Below are positions 1-9,837 of a DNA stretch of 64,000 bases, in pieces. The translations under genes and the position numbers were made by a program. Position 1 is the stretch's first letter. Each line of letters opens with the position of its first letter. This DNA is from Candidatus Acidiferrales bacterium. GTDB taxonomy: Bacteria; Acidobacteriota; Terriglobia; Acidiferrales; UBA7541. The notes under the pieces are model-generated. The model saw nothing but the letters and a program-made list of their open reading frames with translations. It was not told where the DNA came from and ran no database searches. The stretch is from positions 499,770 through 563,769 of the forward strand of contig CAVTMR010000020.1 in assembly GCA_963735825.1 (NCBI GenBank), given 5' to 3'.

Positions 1-711
1 GCGGACCGGGGAATATCCCACCTGCCGCATCAACGAGGCAAGCTCATCGGGTCGAAAAAAACGCGCCACCGACCTGGGCAAATAGGCGTAGGCTGCTGCG
101 TCACCCGAAATGAATCCACCAATCTTCGGCAGAATCTTTTGGCAATAGAACCGGTACAGCTGGCCGACCACACCAGGGGCGGGCTCCGTGAATTCCAGAA
201 TTCCCAACGTTCCGCCAGGTTTCAGAATGCGGAAAATTTCGCGTAGGCCGGCTTCGTAGTTGGCCAGATTGCGAAAGCCAAAAGCGGTGGTGACCAGGTC
301 AAAAGAACCATTGGCGAAAGGCAGGTGCAGCGCATCGCCCTCCAGAAACAGAATGCTGTGCTTCTCGGTTCCCCGCCGCACATTCTTTTCGTTTGCTCGC
401 ACCAGCATGGTGTGCGAGAAATCCGCCCCGACGATGCTAGCCTTCGCGTCTCGCGCCATCGCAAACGCTAGATCGCCCGTTCCGCAGCACAGGTCCAAGA
501 CAACTGCATCCGCCCGGTCGAGAATAGGCCGCAACTCGCGGGAAGTTCGCGCGCGCCAGCGTTTGTCCATCTGCGCGGAAAGAAGATGATTCAGCAGGTC
601 ATATCGTGGGGCAATGCGCGTAAACATTTCGCGCACGTTGCGGGAAGCATCTCGTTCGGAGGTCGCTCCTTCGGGTTTTGTGCCCGTCGGCGGCGACGCC
701 TGCTCAACCAT
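1..711 (-). CDS. ubiE: demethylmenaquinone/ubiquinone C-methyltransferase (UbiE/MenG); 3' end runs off the window
   Basis: Absent from ORF track because it is open at the window edge. My reverse translation from ATG (711-709) gives MVEQASPPTGTKPEG..VREMFTRIAPRYDLLNHLLSAQMDKRWR..VLDLCCGTGDLAFA..FDLVTTAFGFRNLANYEAGLREIFRILKPGG, which carries the UbiE signature and SAM-binding motif. The start overlaps the aroB stop (ATGGTTGA). Confidence 0.85.
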   Translation of the reverse strand, partial: MVEQASPPTGTKPEGATSERDASRNVREMFTRIAPRYDLLNHLLSAQMDKRWRARTSRELRPILDRADAVVLDLCCGTGDLAFAMARDAKASIVGADFSHTMLVRANEKNVRRGTEKHSILFLEGDALHLPFANGSFDLVTTAFGFRNLANYEAGLREIFRILKPGGTLGILEFTEPAPGVVGQLYRFYCQKILPKIGGFISGDAAAYAYLPRSVARFFRPDELASLMRQVGYSPVR

Positions 712-1843
712 GACGCTTCCCAGGTTCGCTGACAGGCCCACACAGGCACTGCGGCGCACAACGCAGGATGCATAGCACCACTTTTTCGGAGATGCCGTCA
801 TACGACCCGGCGCGGCCAATCCGCGGCGTCAGCACGAATCGCAACTTCCCTTCCCGGGCTTTCTTGTCTGAGCGCATGAATTCCAGAAGCCGCTCCGGCG
901 AAATTTTCGGCCACTCCGGCAAAGGGCCCATGCGCCGCACGAGCGCCACGATTCGCGACATGGCATCCGGCGGCGTATCGATGGATTCGTGGCCGAGCAA
1001 GGCCGCGCACATCATTCCCCAGGCAACGGCCTCGCCGTGCTGGAAACGTGTGTAACGTGTAGCCGATTCGAGCGCGTGGCCGAAGGTGTGTCCAAAATTG
1101 AGCGTCTCGCGCAAGCCGGATTCCTTTTCGTCGCGGCTCACCACCTGCGCCTTGATTTCAATCGATCGCCGAATGATGTGTGCCAGCGCCGTCGCGTCAC
1201 GCTTCAGGATTGCTTCCATGTTTGCTTCGAGAAACGCAAATAGTTTCGCGTCGGCAATCACTCCATACTTGATCACTTCGGCTAAGCCGCTGCGAAACTC
1301 TCGTTCCGGCAACGTTTTGAGCACCTGCGGATCGACCAGCACGAGCCTGGGAGGATAGAACGCGCCGACCAGGTTCTTGCCCTCCGGCAGGTTCACACCG
1401 GTTTTCCCGCCAATTGAACTATCCACTTGCGCCACAACCGTGGTCGGTATCTGCACCAACGCGACACCGCGGAGATACGAGGCGGCGACAAATCCTGCGA
1501 CGTCTCCCGTGACGCCTCCGCCTATCGCGATGAGCAGCGATTGGCGATCCGCACCCGCTTTTGCCAGCGATCGCGCTACTTTCTCCACGGTGCTCAAATT
1601 CTTCGCAGATTCGCCTTCGTCCATCAAATGGATGTGCGGTTTCGTGCGCCTCGAAAGACCGCGCTGAAGCGACGGTCTGAGAAACTTCCACACAGTCGGG
1701 GTGGCAATCACATGCAGGCTGGAAAAGTTCCCCAGTTGCCCGATTTCTGCCGCAACTCGGCGCAGCAGGCCGCGTCCGCATAGCACCGAATAATCTCCCG
1801 CGGCAGAACGGACGCGAATCGAGCGTGTGCGAGTTGATTTCAT
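704..1843 (-). CDS. aroB: 3-dehydroquinate synthase
   Basis: ORF 704..2014 contains GGGVTGDVAGFVAASYLRGV, VDSSIGGKTGVN and NFGHTFGHALE. I place the start at the internal Met (MKSTRTRSIRV, 1843) because the longer ORF would run up to the divergent ABC-F gene and its N-terminus is not protein-like. Confidence 0.92.
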   Translation of the reverse strand: MKSTRTRSIRVRSAAGDYSVLCGRGLLRRVAAEIGQLGNFSSLHVIATPTVWKFLRPSLQRGLSRRTKPHIHLMDEGESAKNLSTVEKVARSLAKAGADRQSLLIAIGGGVTGDVAGFVAASYLRGVALVQIPTTVVAQVDSSIGGKTGVNLPEGKNLVGAFYPPRLVLVDPQVLKTLPEREFRSGLAEVIKYGVIADAKLFAFLEANMEAILKRDATALAHIIRRSIEIKAQVVSRDEKESGLRETLNFGHTFGHALESATRYTRFQHGEAVAWGMMCAALLGHESIDTPPDAMSRIVALVRRMGPLPEWPKISPERLLEFMRSDKKAREGKLRFVLTPRIGRAGSYDGISEKVVLCILRCAPQCLCGPVSEPGKRHG

Positions 1844-2020
1844 TGCAGTGAGTGCTTTCGATTTAATGTAGCACAGACACGCGGGCAGTCGAAAAGTGCT
1901 GGATATTTCCCGACAGCCTGCAAGTACGGGGGCACGGAGTCGAAACGGGAAATCTTCGTTCACACACCGAAATTCGTCATTTGCCAAATCCCAGGGGTAC
2001 TGCGGTAAAATCAATAGCTT

Positions 2021-3670
2021 ATGATCGCTGTGAATGAAGTCACTATGCGCTTTGGCTCACGCATCCTCTTTGAGGACGTGACCACCACTTTTATGGCTGG
2101 CCGACGCTATGCCATCTCCGGCCCCAACGGCGCCGGCAAATCCACCTTCATGAAAATCCTGACCGGAGAGATCGATCCGACCAAGGGCAACATCACCCGC
2201 CCCAAGAAGATGGGCGTACTGCGTCAGGACCAGTTTGCCTTCGACAAATTCCGCGTGATCGACACGGTCATCATGGGCAACGCCGTACTCTGGAAGGCGC
2301 TGGAGGAGCGCGACGCTCTTTACGCCAAGCCGCACGATGACTTGACCAATGAAGACGGCATGCGCCTTGGCGAACTGGAAGGCATCGTGGGCGAAGAAGG
2401 CGGCTACACGGCTGAGGCCGACGCAGGCGTGCTGCTTGACGGACTGGGCATCGACGCCGCCCTGCACGAGCGACAGATGGGCGAGCTGCAGGGCGGACAA
2501 AAGGTGCGCGTGCTGCTGGCGCAAGCGCTCTTCGGCAATCCCTCCGCGCTGCTGCTCGACGAGCCCACCAACAACCTGGACCTCGATTCGGTGCACTGGC
2601 TGAAGGAATATCTTTGCGAATATCACGGCGTGTTGATTGTCATCTCTCACGATCGCCATTTCCTGAATAGCGTTTGCACGCACACGGCGGACATCGACTA
2701 TGAAACCATCATCATGTACCCGGGCGGCTACGACGAAATGGTGCTGGCAAAGACGCAGATTCGCGCGCGCATGGAGGCGGACAACGCCGTTCGCGAAAAG
2801 AAAATCGCGCAGCTGAACGAATTCATTGCGCGCTTTTCCGCCGGGACGCGTTCTGCGCAGGCTACTTCACGCAAAAAGGAAGTGGAGAGGCTGCAGACCT
2901 CGGAACTGGCGCGATCCAATATTCAGCGTCCGTACATTCGCTTCGCCACCGAACGCCCTTCTGGGCGCCTTCCGCTTGAGCTGAAACGGCTGACCAAGTC
3001 CTACGACGGCCTGAAAGTGATCAATCACTTTTCCGCCAGCATCACTCGTGGCGAGAAGATCGCTCTTACCGGACGAAACGGCGCCGGCAAATCCACCATG
3101 CTGAAGTCACTGCTGCACAATGCCGGTGACTTCATCGGGTCCGCGGAACGCGAGTTTCCCGTGGATTCCGGTAACGTGGTGTGGGGCCACGAAGTCACGG
3201 TCGGATATTTCCCTCAGGACTTTGGGTACACGATCGATAAGGGCAAAGGTATTACCGCACTGGAATGGCTGTGGCAGTTTTGGCCGCAGGCAACGCAGGA
3301 AGAAATCCGCGGCTACCTGGGCCAAATGCTTTTCAGCGGAGAAGACGCGCTAAAGCCTACCGCCGCGCTGTCCGGCGGAGAATGCGCGCGGCTGATTTTC
3401 TGCCGGTTGATGATTCAGAAACCGAATTTCCTGGTGCTCGACGAACCCACCAACAACCTGGACCTGGAAGCGATCAACGCCCTGAACATCGCGCTGCAAA
3501 AATACGAAGGAACCCTTTTGCTCGTCACTCACGACGAGGATGTTCTCGACGAAGTTGCCACGCGCATCTGGAACTTCAAAGATGGCAAGATCGAGGACTT
3601 CCGCGGTACATACGAAGAATTCCTGCACGCCGCAAGCAAAGCCGCCGCACAGGTCCCCGCAAAGCGCTGA
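2021..3670 (+). CDS. ybiT: ABC-F family ATPase (YbiT-like), two ABC cassettes and no TM domain
   Basis: Two Walker A motifs (GPNGAGKST, GRNGAGKST) and two signature motifs (LQGGQKVRV, LSGGECARL). The N-terminus VTMRFGSRILFEDV..MKILTGEIDPTKGN..LRQDQFAF resembles E. coli YbiT. Confidence 0.92.
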   Translation: MIAVNEVTMRFGSRILFEDVTTTFMAGRRYAISGPNGAGKSTFMKILTGEIDPTKGNITRPKKMGVLRQDQFAFDKFRVIDTVIMGNAVLWKALEERDALYAKPHDDLTNEDGMRLGELEGIVGEEGGYTAEADAGVLLDGLGIDAALHERQMGELQGGQKVRVLLAQALFGNPSALLLDEPTNNLDLDSVHWLKEYLCEYHGVLIVISHDRHFLNSVCTHTADIDYETIIMYPGGYDEMVLAKTQIRARMEADNAVREKKIAQLNEFIARFSAGTRSAQATSRKKEVERLQTSELARSNIQRPYIRFATERPSGRLPLELKRLTKSYDGLKVINHFSASITRGEKIALTGRNGAGKSTMLKSLLHNAGDFIGSAEREFPVDSGNVVWGHEVTVGYFPQDFGYTIDKGKGITALEWLWQFWPQATQEEIRGYLGQMLFSGEDALKPTAALSGGECARLIFCRLMIQKPNFLVLDEPTNNLDLEAINALNIALQKYEGTLLLVTHDEDVLDEVATRIWNFKDGKIEDFRGTYEEFLHAASKAAAQVPAKR

Positions 3671-3764
3671 TCCCGGCAACAGCGCGAACCCCCGCCGCAA
3701 CTGAATGAAAATGCTGAGACGAAATCCTTCGTGCTACCATACGGGTGCCTGCTGAAGGCACCTC

Positions 3765-5378
3765 ATGACGCTTTCCCAAAAGATTTATCATGTCGACTAC
3801 GCCGTGGTCGGCTCCGGTGTCGCAGGCGTTCGCGCGGCCATTGAATTGAGCCAGGCCGGCTCTGTCCTGGTGCTGGCCAAATCGGATCTGAGCGAGTCCG
3901 CGACTGCTTACGCGCAGGGCGGCATCGCAGTTGCCCTCAGCGACGAAGACGAAATCGGCCTTCACGAGCAAGACACCATTAACGCGGGAGACGGCTTGTG
4001 TAATGCCGAAGCCGTCGCGCTTCTCGTTGAGGAAGGTCCCAAGTATATTACCCAGCTGATTGAATGGGGCACGGAATTCGATCGCTCTGGGACCAAACTC
4101 GCATTTACACGCGAAGCCGCACACAGTCGCTCGCGCATCCTCCACGCTCACGGCGATTCCACGGGACGCGAAATCAGCCGGGCGCTGCTGGCTCGCGCGC
4201 ACACGATTCCGCATTTGCATCTGCGCCCGCACTCATTTACCACGGAACTCATTCTGGAGAAAGGCCGCGCCGTTGGCGTGCGCTTCATCGATGAAAACGA
4301 TAGTTCGCTGCACGAGCTGCGCGCCGGAGCTGTGCTGCTGGCTACCGGAGGCCTTGGTCAATTATTTCGCGAGACCACCAATCCGGAAGTCGCGACCGGC
4401 GACGGCATGGCCATTGCCTACGAGGCGGGCGCTGTTCTTTCTGATATGGAGTTCGTACAGTTTCATCCCACGGCGCTTGCGATTAAAGATGCGCCACGGT
4501 TTTTGTTGAGCGAAGCGCTGCGTGGCGAAGGCGGGATTTTGCGCAACGTGAATCTGGAACGCTTCATGAAGCGCTATCACGAAGCGCAGGAACTGGCTCC
4601 TCGTGACGTGGTTGCGCGGGCGATCGCGACCGAGATGATCAAGACGGATAGCCAGCACGTTTATCTGGACATGACTGCCAAACCCAAGGACTTTCTCGAA
4701 AAGCGTTTCCCGCGCATCTTCGCTACTTGCGCCGGGTACGGTCTCGACCTCGCCAGCGACCTGGCTCCTGTCAGTCCCGCCGCGCACTTTATGATGGGAG
4801 GCGTCAAAACCGATCTTTGGGGACGCACCAGCGTGCCAGGCCTCTACGCAGCGGGCGAAACGGCCGCCACTGGCGTTCATGGCGCCAATCGCCTGGCCAG
4901 CAATTCCCTGCTTGAAGGCTTGGTGTTCGGTGCGCGCGCCGGCGACGCCATGATGAAAGACGCACCTGGCTCAAAGAAAAACGCTGGCCATCTGCCAGGT
5001 AGCCTCGCGCCCAAAAACTGGAACAACGCTGAGGGAAAATCTGCGGCGGCAAAAAGCAAGCCGGTCGCGTCCGAAGCCTTGCAGAGTCTCCGCGACCTCA
5101 TGTGGAAGCGCGTTGGAATTTTACGAAGCGGCAAGGAACTAAAAGCTGTGCTCGAAACCGTGAAAACCATACCTGTGCCGCAATCGCCCAAAAACGGCCG
5201 CGCCGATCACGAGTTGAAGAATCTTCATGGGCTCGGCTCGTTGGTCGCTCGCTCGGCGTTGGCACGCGACGAAAGCCGCGGCAGTCACTATCGTTCCGAC
5301 TTCCCCTACCGCGATGACGACGATTTCCAAAAGCACTCCGTGATTTCCAAGGATCGCGACGTCAGGTTCCCGAAGTAA
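3765..5378 (+). CDS. nadB: L-aspartate oxidase
   Basis: FAD fold VVGSGVAGVRAA, HAHGDSTGREI, GGVKTD, GANRLASNSLLEGLVFG, ESRGSHYRSDFP. Confidence 0.95.
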   Translation: MTLSQKIYHVDYAVVGSGVAGVRAAIELSQAGSVLVLAKSDLSESATAYAQGGIAVALSDEDEIGLHEQDTINAGDGLCNAEAVALLVEEGPKYITQLIEWGTEFDRSGTKLAFTREAAHSRSRILHAHGDSTGREISRALLARAHTIPHLHLRPHSFTTELILEKGRAVGVRFIDENDSSLHELRAGAVLLATGGLGQLFRETTNPEVATGDGMAIAYEAGAVLSDMEFVQFHPTALAIKDAPRFLLSEALRGEGGILRNVNLERFMKRYHEAQELAPRDVVARAIATEMIKTDSQHVYLDMTAKPKDFLEKRFPRIFATCAGYGLDLASDLAPVSPAAHFMMGGVKTDLWGRTSVPGLYAAGETAATGVHGANRLASNSLLEGLVFGARAGDAMMKDAPGSKKNAGHLPGSLAPKNWNNAEGKSAAAKSKPVASEALQSLRDLMWKRVGILRSGKELKAVLETVKTIPVPQSPKNGRADHELKNLHGLGSLVARSALARDESRGSHYRSDFPYRDDDDFQKHSVISKDRDVRFPK

Positions 5379-5435
5379 CCGGCATGAGCGCGCGGTAGCA
5401 CAGGCTTCAGCCAGTGTGTTGCTAACACGTCATGC

Positions 5436-6452
5436 TTACTTTTCCTGTAGTTGTTGCACACTTTCGAGCACAACATGGCCAACGATGGCGAGGGTCTTTG
5501 GACTAATCTTGTCGAGCGTATCTTGCGTGGTATGCCAGTACGGAACGTCATTCTGCGTATCCAGGTCCATGATGTCCACTGACGGCACATTCCGGGCTGT
5601 AAATGAATAGTGATCGTCACCGCCGAAGTTTGTGGGCGCGCTCCCAAAGATATTCCCATAACCCAATTTCCCCGCGACGTCCCAAACAAAATCCTTCAGC
5701 CATTTCGTGGACTCGCCGTCCCGCAGGAAGTGCGGGTTCTGGCCGCCCACCAGGTCAACGAGAATAAAGGCCTTAATTTTGGGCAGGTCGCCGCTTTGCG
5801 CCAACTTCGCGGCCATTTGGCGGCTGCCATAGCGGTTGTCGGGATCTTTCCATTGGGGATTGACGGCTTCTTCTCCATCGAAGAACGCGATCCACACGGC
5901 GTACTTCTGCGGCGGCTGCTTACAGAGCAACCTGGCCAGCTCCAGCATCACTCCGGTGGACGATCCGGCATCGTCCGCACCGACAAAATTGTCCAGGCGC
6001 TTGGTGTCGTAGTGCGTGCCCAGCAGAATGATCCCCGGCTTCTGGCCCGGGATCTTCACGAGAAGATTCTTCATGGGCAAGCGCCCCGCAGGCGTATCCG
6101 CGGAAAACGAATCCGTTTCCACGGTGCAGCCGTACGACTTCAGCTCCGTTTCCAGATAATCCTGCAGTTTCGCCAGTGCGGGAGAACCAGCCGGCCGCGG
6201 ACCATAGCTCACCTGCTTGGCAATTTGGTCGTACGCTCGCTTGCCGTCGAATCCTCCGGTCTTGTCGGGCGGGGGAGCTTCCTGGCCGGCCGGCACGGGC
6301 GGCGTTCCCGCTACCGCGCTCATGAAAGGCGGGTCAGCCGCCGGTTTCGCCGGAGTCGAGCCGCCGGATTTGCAGCCCAGGGCAAGCGCCACGCCAGCGC
6401 AGACGACGAGCATACCCGTCACGCGGCGAGTGCAATGCATCCGGAATTTCAT
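5436..6452 (-). CDS. M28-family metallopeptidase / glutaminyl-cyclase-like lipoprotein
   Basis: Lipobox-like LALGC signal, then GTHYDTKR, VGADDAGSSTGVMLELARLL, FFDGEEA, HTTQDT. Confidence 0.85.
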   Translation of the reverse strand: MKFRMHCTRRVTGMLVVCAGVALALGCKSGGSTPAKPAADPPFMSAVAGTPPVPAGQEAPPPDKTGGFDGKRAYDQIAKQVSYGPRPAGSPALAKLQDYLETELKSYGCTVETDSFSADTPAGRLPMKNLLVKIPGQKPGIILLGTHYDTKRLDNFVGADDAGSSTGVMLELARLLCKQPPQKYAVWIAFFDGEEAVNPQWKDPDNRYGSRQMAAKLAQSGDLPKIKAFILVDLVGGQNPHFLRDGESTKWLKDFVWDVAGKLGYGNIFGSAPTNFGGDDHYSFTARNVPSVDIMDLDTQNDVPYWHTTQDTLDKISPKTLAIVGHVVLESVQQLQEK

Positions 6453-7273
6453 GCGGAAGTGCCAGCGCTTTCTGCCGCCAACCGCTTCTTCTTATTGCGC
6501 AGTACTAAGGCGGATACAGCGATGCCCACAAAGTAGAGTCCCACCATCGGCGCCATGAAGATCAGCATGGTCTGCGCATCCGGCGTCGGCGTGATAATTG
6601 CCGCGACAACCGCGATGATCGCGATGGCATATCGGAAATTGCTCCACAGGAATTTCGGTGTCACGATTCCGAACAGCGTTAAAAAGAAAATCAGTATGGG
6701 CAACTCAAACACTAACCCCAGCCCCAGCAAGACGATCAGGATCAGGTCAAAGTATTCATTGATGCTCAGCAGTGGCGCCACGGAGCCGCCAAATTGCTGG
6801 AAGCCCACCAGAAACTTCAACATATACGGCAGGGTCACGAAATATCCAAAAGCGATTCCTGCCAAAAATAAAAACACCGTGGAAAACAGGAAACCCGTCA
6901 CGGCACTCCGCTCGTGCTTATACAGCGCGGGCGCCACAAACAACCAAATCTGGTACAGCACGAACGGCGAAGCCAGCACAATTCCAATGTACACGCCGAG
7001 CGTGATGACCAGGTTCAGCGCGCCCGCGGGGTGGTTGTAATACAGCTTCGATTCGAAATGCGCATCCGTCAGTGCTTTCAGCATCGGTTCATTGATGAAT
7101 CGGATGACCTTTGGCGAAATGTACACCCCAATAAAGGCGCCGATGCCGATGGCGTACAGCGAATTGATGATGCGCTTCCGCAGCTCCGTCAGGTGCTCGA
7201 AGAACGTCATTTGCCCGCCGGACTCCTCCAGACGGGCTGTGAGTGAATTGTCAGGCTGGCTGCTGTTGGTCAT
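6449..7273 (-). CDS. tatC: twin-arginine translocase subunit TatC
   Basis: FFEHLTELRKRI plus six hydrophobic segments. The 296-aa ORF is trimmed to Met at 7273. An alternative start at 7210 (MTFFEHL) is preceded by GGAGGAG. Confidence 0.9.
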   Translation of the reverse strand: MTNSSQPDNSLTARLEESGGQMTFFEHLTELRKRIINSLYAIGIGAFIGVYISPKVIRFINEPMLKALTDAHFESKLYYNHPAGALNLVITLGVYIGIVLASPFVLYQIWLFVAPALYKHERSAVTGFLFSTVFLFLAGIAFGYFVTLPYMLKFLVGFQQFGGSVAPLLSINEYFDLILIVLLGLGLVFELPILIFFLTLFGIVTPKFLWSNFRYAIAIIAVVAAIITPTPDAQTMLIFMAPMVGLYFVGIAVSALVLRNKKKRLAAESAGTSA

Positions 7274-7733
7274 GAGAGGGGGTCGAATCGCCGGGCGTGG
7301 TGGATTCGGGTGCTTTCGAATCGGCGTTACCGGATTCATTTCCCGGTACGCTTTCGCCCCTTGATGCGTCTAATCTGGCGACAGCTTCACTTTCCGGCTT
7401 GATTACGGGTGCTTCGGTCATTCGCGTTTCGGGATACGGTTCCGGCAGCGCTTCCGTGCCCGCAGGAGATCCCAGGGTGGCAGGGGGTTGGCCCTTTCCA
7501 ATGTCATTCACGGCAGCAGCAGCCTCGGCGGTCTGTTTGCGCAGTTCCGCCACCCTGGCCTGGCGCTCCAGATCCCGCATTTCATCCTCAAAAGCGCTTC
7601 GGAAGTCCCCGGAGGCCTTGCGGAATTCCGCCATGAGTTTGCCCAAGCTGCGAGCCAGTTCCGGCAATTTCTGGGGTCCAAATACCACCAGCACTACCAG
7701 AAAGACCACAATCATATGTGGAATGCTCAACAT
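7251..7733 (-). CDS. tatA: TatA/TatB-family Sec-independent translocase component with long acidic/Pro-rich tail
   Basis: N-terminus MLSIPHMIVVFLVVLVVFGPQKLPELARSLGKLMAEFRKA is the TatA/B TM plus amphipathic helix signature. It lies directly upstream of tatC. Confidence 0.85.
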   Translation of the reverse strand: MLSIPHMIVVFLVVLVVFGPQKLPELARSLGKLMAEFRKASGDFRSAFEDEMRDLERQARVAELRKQTAEAAAAVNDIGKGQPPATLGSPAGTEALPEPYPETRMTEAPVIKPESEAVARLDASRGESVPGNESGNADSKAPESTTPGDSTPSHDQQQPA

Positions 7734-7859
7734 AGTTCGAAACGATCCAATTATGCCCTGTCTGCATCATAGAAAGGGTAGTCAACGGTGTCAAACGACA
7801 CTTGTCAAATGTCATGTTACAATCGGGTTTTGGGTTTTAGGTCAAATAGAGGGGAATCC

Positions 7860-9473
7860 ATGAATCCAGAACGTCGCGGCCTTTTAGTAGTCATCGCCGT
7901 CCTGGCCATTTCGGCCATCCTTGGCGGAATCTATGGACCGTCCGTGCGAGCCACCAGCTCTTCCGCTGACGACGCGCAAGCAGCCGTCCGCGATTTCACG
8001 AAAGTTCTGGATGTGGTCCAGAGCAATTATGCCGAGCCGGTCGATGTGGACAAGACCGTGTACCAGGGCGCCATCCCCGGCATGCTTCGAATGCTCGATC
8101 CCCACTCGAATTTTTTTGATCAACGGCAATTCGCGCTGCTGCGCGAAGATCAACGCGGTAAATACTATGGCGTTGGCATGGTCGTGGCTCCCCGCGAGAA
8201 TCGCACCGTGGTGGTCTCGCCCTACGTCGGGGCCCCTGCGTACAACGCGGGTCTGCGCCCGGGAGACGTCATCGCCAAGGTCGACGACAAGGCGACCGAC
8301 GGGTTGTCCACCACAGAAGTGGCCGACATGCTCAAAGGTCCCAAGGGCACGGTGGTGAAGATTACCGTGACGCGCGAGGGCTACACCGATCCGCTGGTGT
8401 TCACCGTCACGCGCGACGAGATTCCACGCCATTCCGTCGACATCGCTTTCCTGATGAAGCCCGGCATCGGCTATATCCGCCTTTCGCAATTTAACGAAAC
8501 CACCGACCGCGAAATCGCCGACGCTCTGAAGCAACTTGGCGCCAATTCCTTGGATGGCATTGTGCTCGACATGCGCGGCAACCCCGGCGGCCTACTGAAT
8601 GAAGCCGTGGCTGTCGGCGACATGTTCCTCGACAAGGGCCAACTGATCGTGTCTTATCATGGCCGCAATGCTCCGGAGCGCCGCTTCGTCGCCATCCGCG
8701 GCAATCAGGGCATGACTGTGCCGCTGGTGATTCTGGTGAATAACAACTCCGCCTCCGCCGCCGAAATCGTCACTGGCGCGGTGCAGGACCATGACCGCGG
8801 CTTGGTTGTTGGCGAAACCACCTTCGGCAAGGGACTCGTCCAGACTGTGACGCCGCTTTCAGAGAGCACCGGGCTGGCGCTCACCACCGCTCGTTACTAC
8901 ACGCCTTCCGGCCGCCTCATTCAACGTGATTACAAGGCTATGTCGCTGTACGAATATCACTACGAGCGCAAAGTACCCGATCATCCATCCGAGATTCGCC
9001 AGACCGATAGCGGCCGCCAAGTTACCGGTGGCGGCGGCATCACGCCGGACATCGTTGTCGACGCGCCAAAGCTGGACAAGTTCCAGGAAACACTTTTCCG
9101 CGACGCCGTCTTTGTTCCCTCCGAACAGGGTGTTGGCGACTTCACTCGCTTCTTTCTCGGCACCAAGCCCAGCATCACCCACAGCTTTGAGGTTGACGAT
9201 AACGTGATGCACGAATTTCGCGACTACCTCAGCAAGCACAATATCCGCTACACCGAACCTGAAATGGCGGACAACAGCGACTGGGTCAAGCGCAAGATCA
9301 AGCAGGAAGTGTTTATGTCCGCCTTCGGAACCCAGGAAGGCTTCAAGGTGCTTCTCGAAGCCGATCCGCAGGTGCAAAAGGCCGTCGAGGCACTGCCCCA
9401 GGCGCGTGCGCTGTATGAGAACGCTCGCAAGGTTGTGGCGCAACGCAACGGCGGCGGCTCCGACCAACCCTAA
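7860..9473 (+). CDS. ctpA: S41 carboxy-terminal processing protease with PDZ domain
   Basis: PDZ region (GLRPGDVIAKVDD), RGNPGGLL, NNNSASAAEI, TFGKGLVQ. Start moved to MNPERRGLLVVIAV (7860) after a purine-rich stretch. Confidence 0.92.
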   Translation: MNPERRGLLVVIAVLAISAILGGIYGPSVRATSSSADDAQAAVRDFTKVLDVVQSNYAEPVDVDKTVYQGAIPGMLRMLDPHSNFFDQRQFALLREDQRGKYYGVGMVVAPRENRTVVVSPYVGAPAYNAGLRPGDVIAKVDDKATDGLSTTEVADMLKGPKGTVVKITVTREGYTDPLVFTVTRDEIPRHSVDIAFLMKPGIGYIRLSQFNETTDREIADALKQLGANSLDGIVLDMRGNPGGLLNEAVAVGDMFLDKGQLIVSYHGRNAPERRFVAIRGNQGMTVPLVILVNNNSASAAEIVTGAVQDHDRGLVVGETTFGKGLVQTVTPLSESTGLALTTARYYTPSGRLIQRDYKAMSLYEYHYERKVPDHPSEIRQTDSGRQVTGGGGITPDIVVDAPKLDKFQETLFRDAVFVPSEQGVGDFTRFFLGTKPSITHSFEVDDNVMHEFRDYLSKHNIRYTEPEMADNSDWVKRKIKQEVFMSAFGTQEGFKVLLEADPQVQKAVEALPQARALYENARKVVAQRNGGGSDQP

Positions 9474-9503
9474 TTCCCTATTGAGCGGCAGGAAAGACCA
9501 GAC

Positions 9504-9532
9504 GGGCGCCATCACGGCGCCCGTTTTGTTTT
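9504..9532 (+). terminator. Rho-independent terminator after ctp
   Basis: gggcgcc-atcac-ggcgccc hairpin followed by gttttgtttt. Confidence 0.6.
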
Positions 9533-9649
9533 GTGTACGATTCCACAGGGCGCTGCGAGACGCGCAAAACTACGGACGTTCTCTCACGGCACCGCAGAAA
9601 CTCAGCCTGGCCGTTTCTTGGAAACACGTTCCTCGTCTGCTAAACTTTA

Positions 9650-9733
9650 TTGGTTGCTACTCGCCATAATCCCGTTTGGTGCCTACTCGCCCTCATTCCG
9701 GGCCTAAACTTCCTTGCCTTTTGGTTCCTCGCG
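9650..9733. repeat. three degenerate direct repeats TTGGT(T/G)(G/C)CTACTCGCC
   Basis: ttggttgctactcgcc (9650-9665), ttggtgcctactcgcc (9676-9691) and a weaker ttggttcctcgcg (9721-9733), lying between the ctp terminator and the IS110 remnant. Confidence 0.4.
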
Positions 9734-9837
9734 TTCAAGCCGTGGCCCACCGACAAGAAGCCCCCCGAATACTGCAAACTGAAACGAGATGGACGGTAAG
9801 CCAAATCAGGCACAATCCATGACATCATAAGTCCGCT

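Noticed and set aside
704-2014. Full 436-aa version of the aroB ORF.
   Set aside because: The N-terminal 57 aa are not AroB-like and would abut the divergent ABC-F start. The internal Met at 1843 gives a normal-length enzyme.
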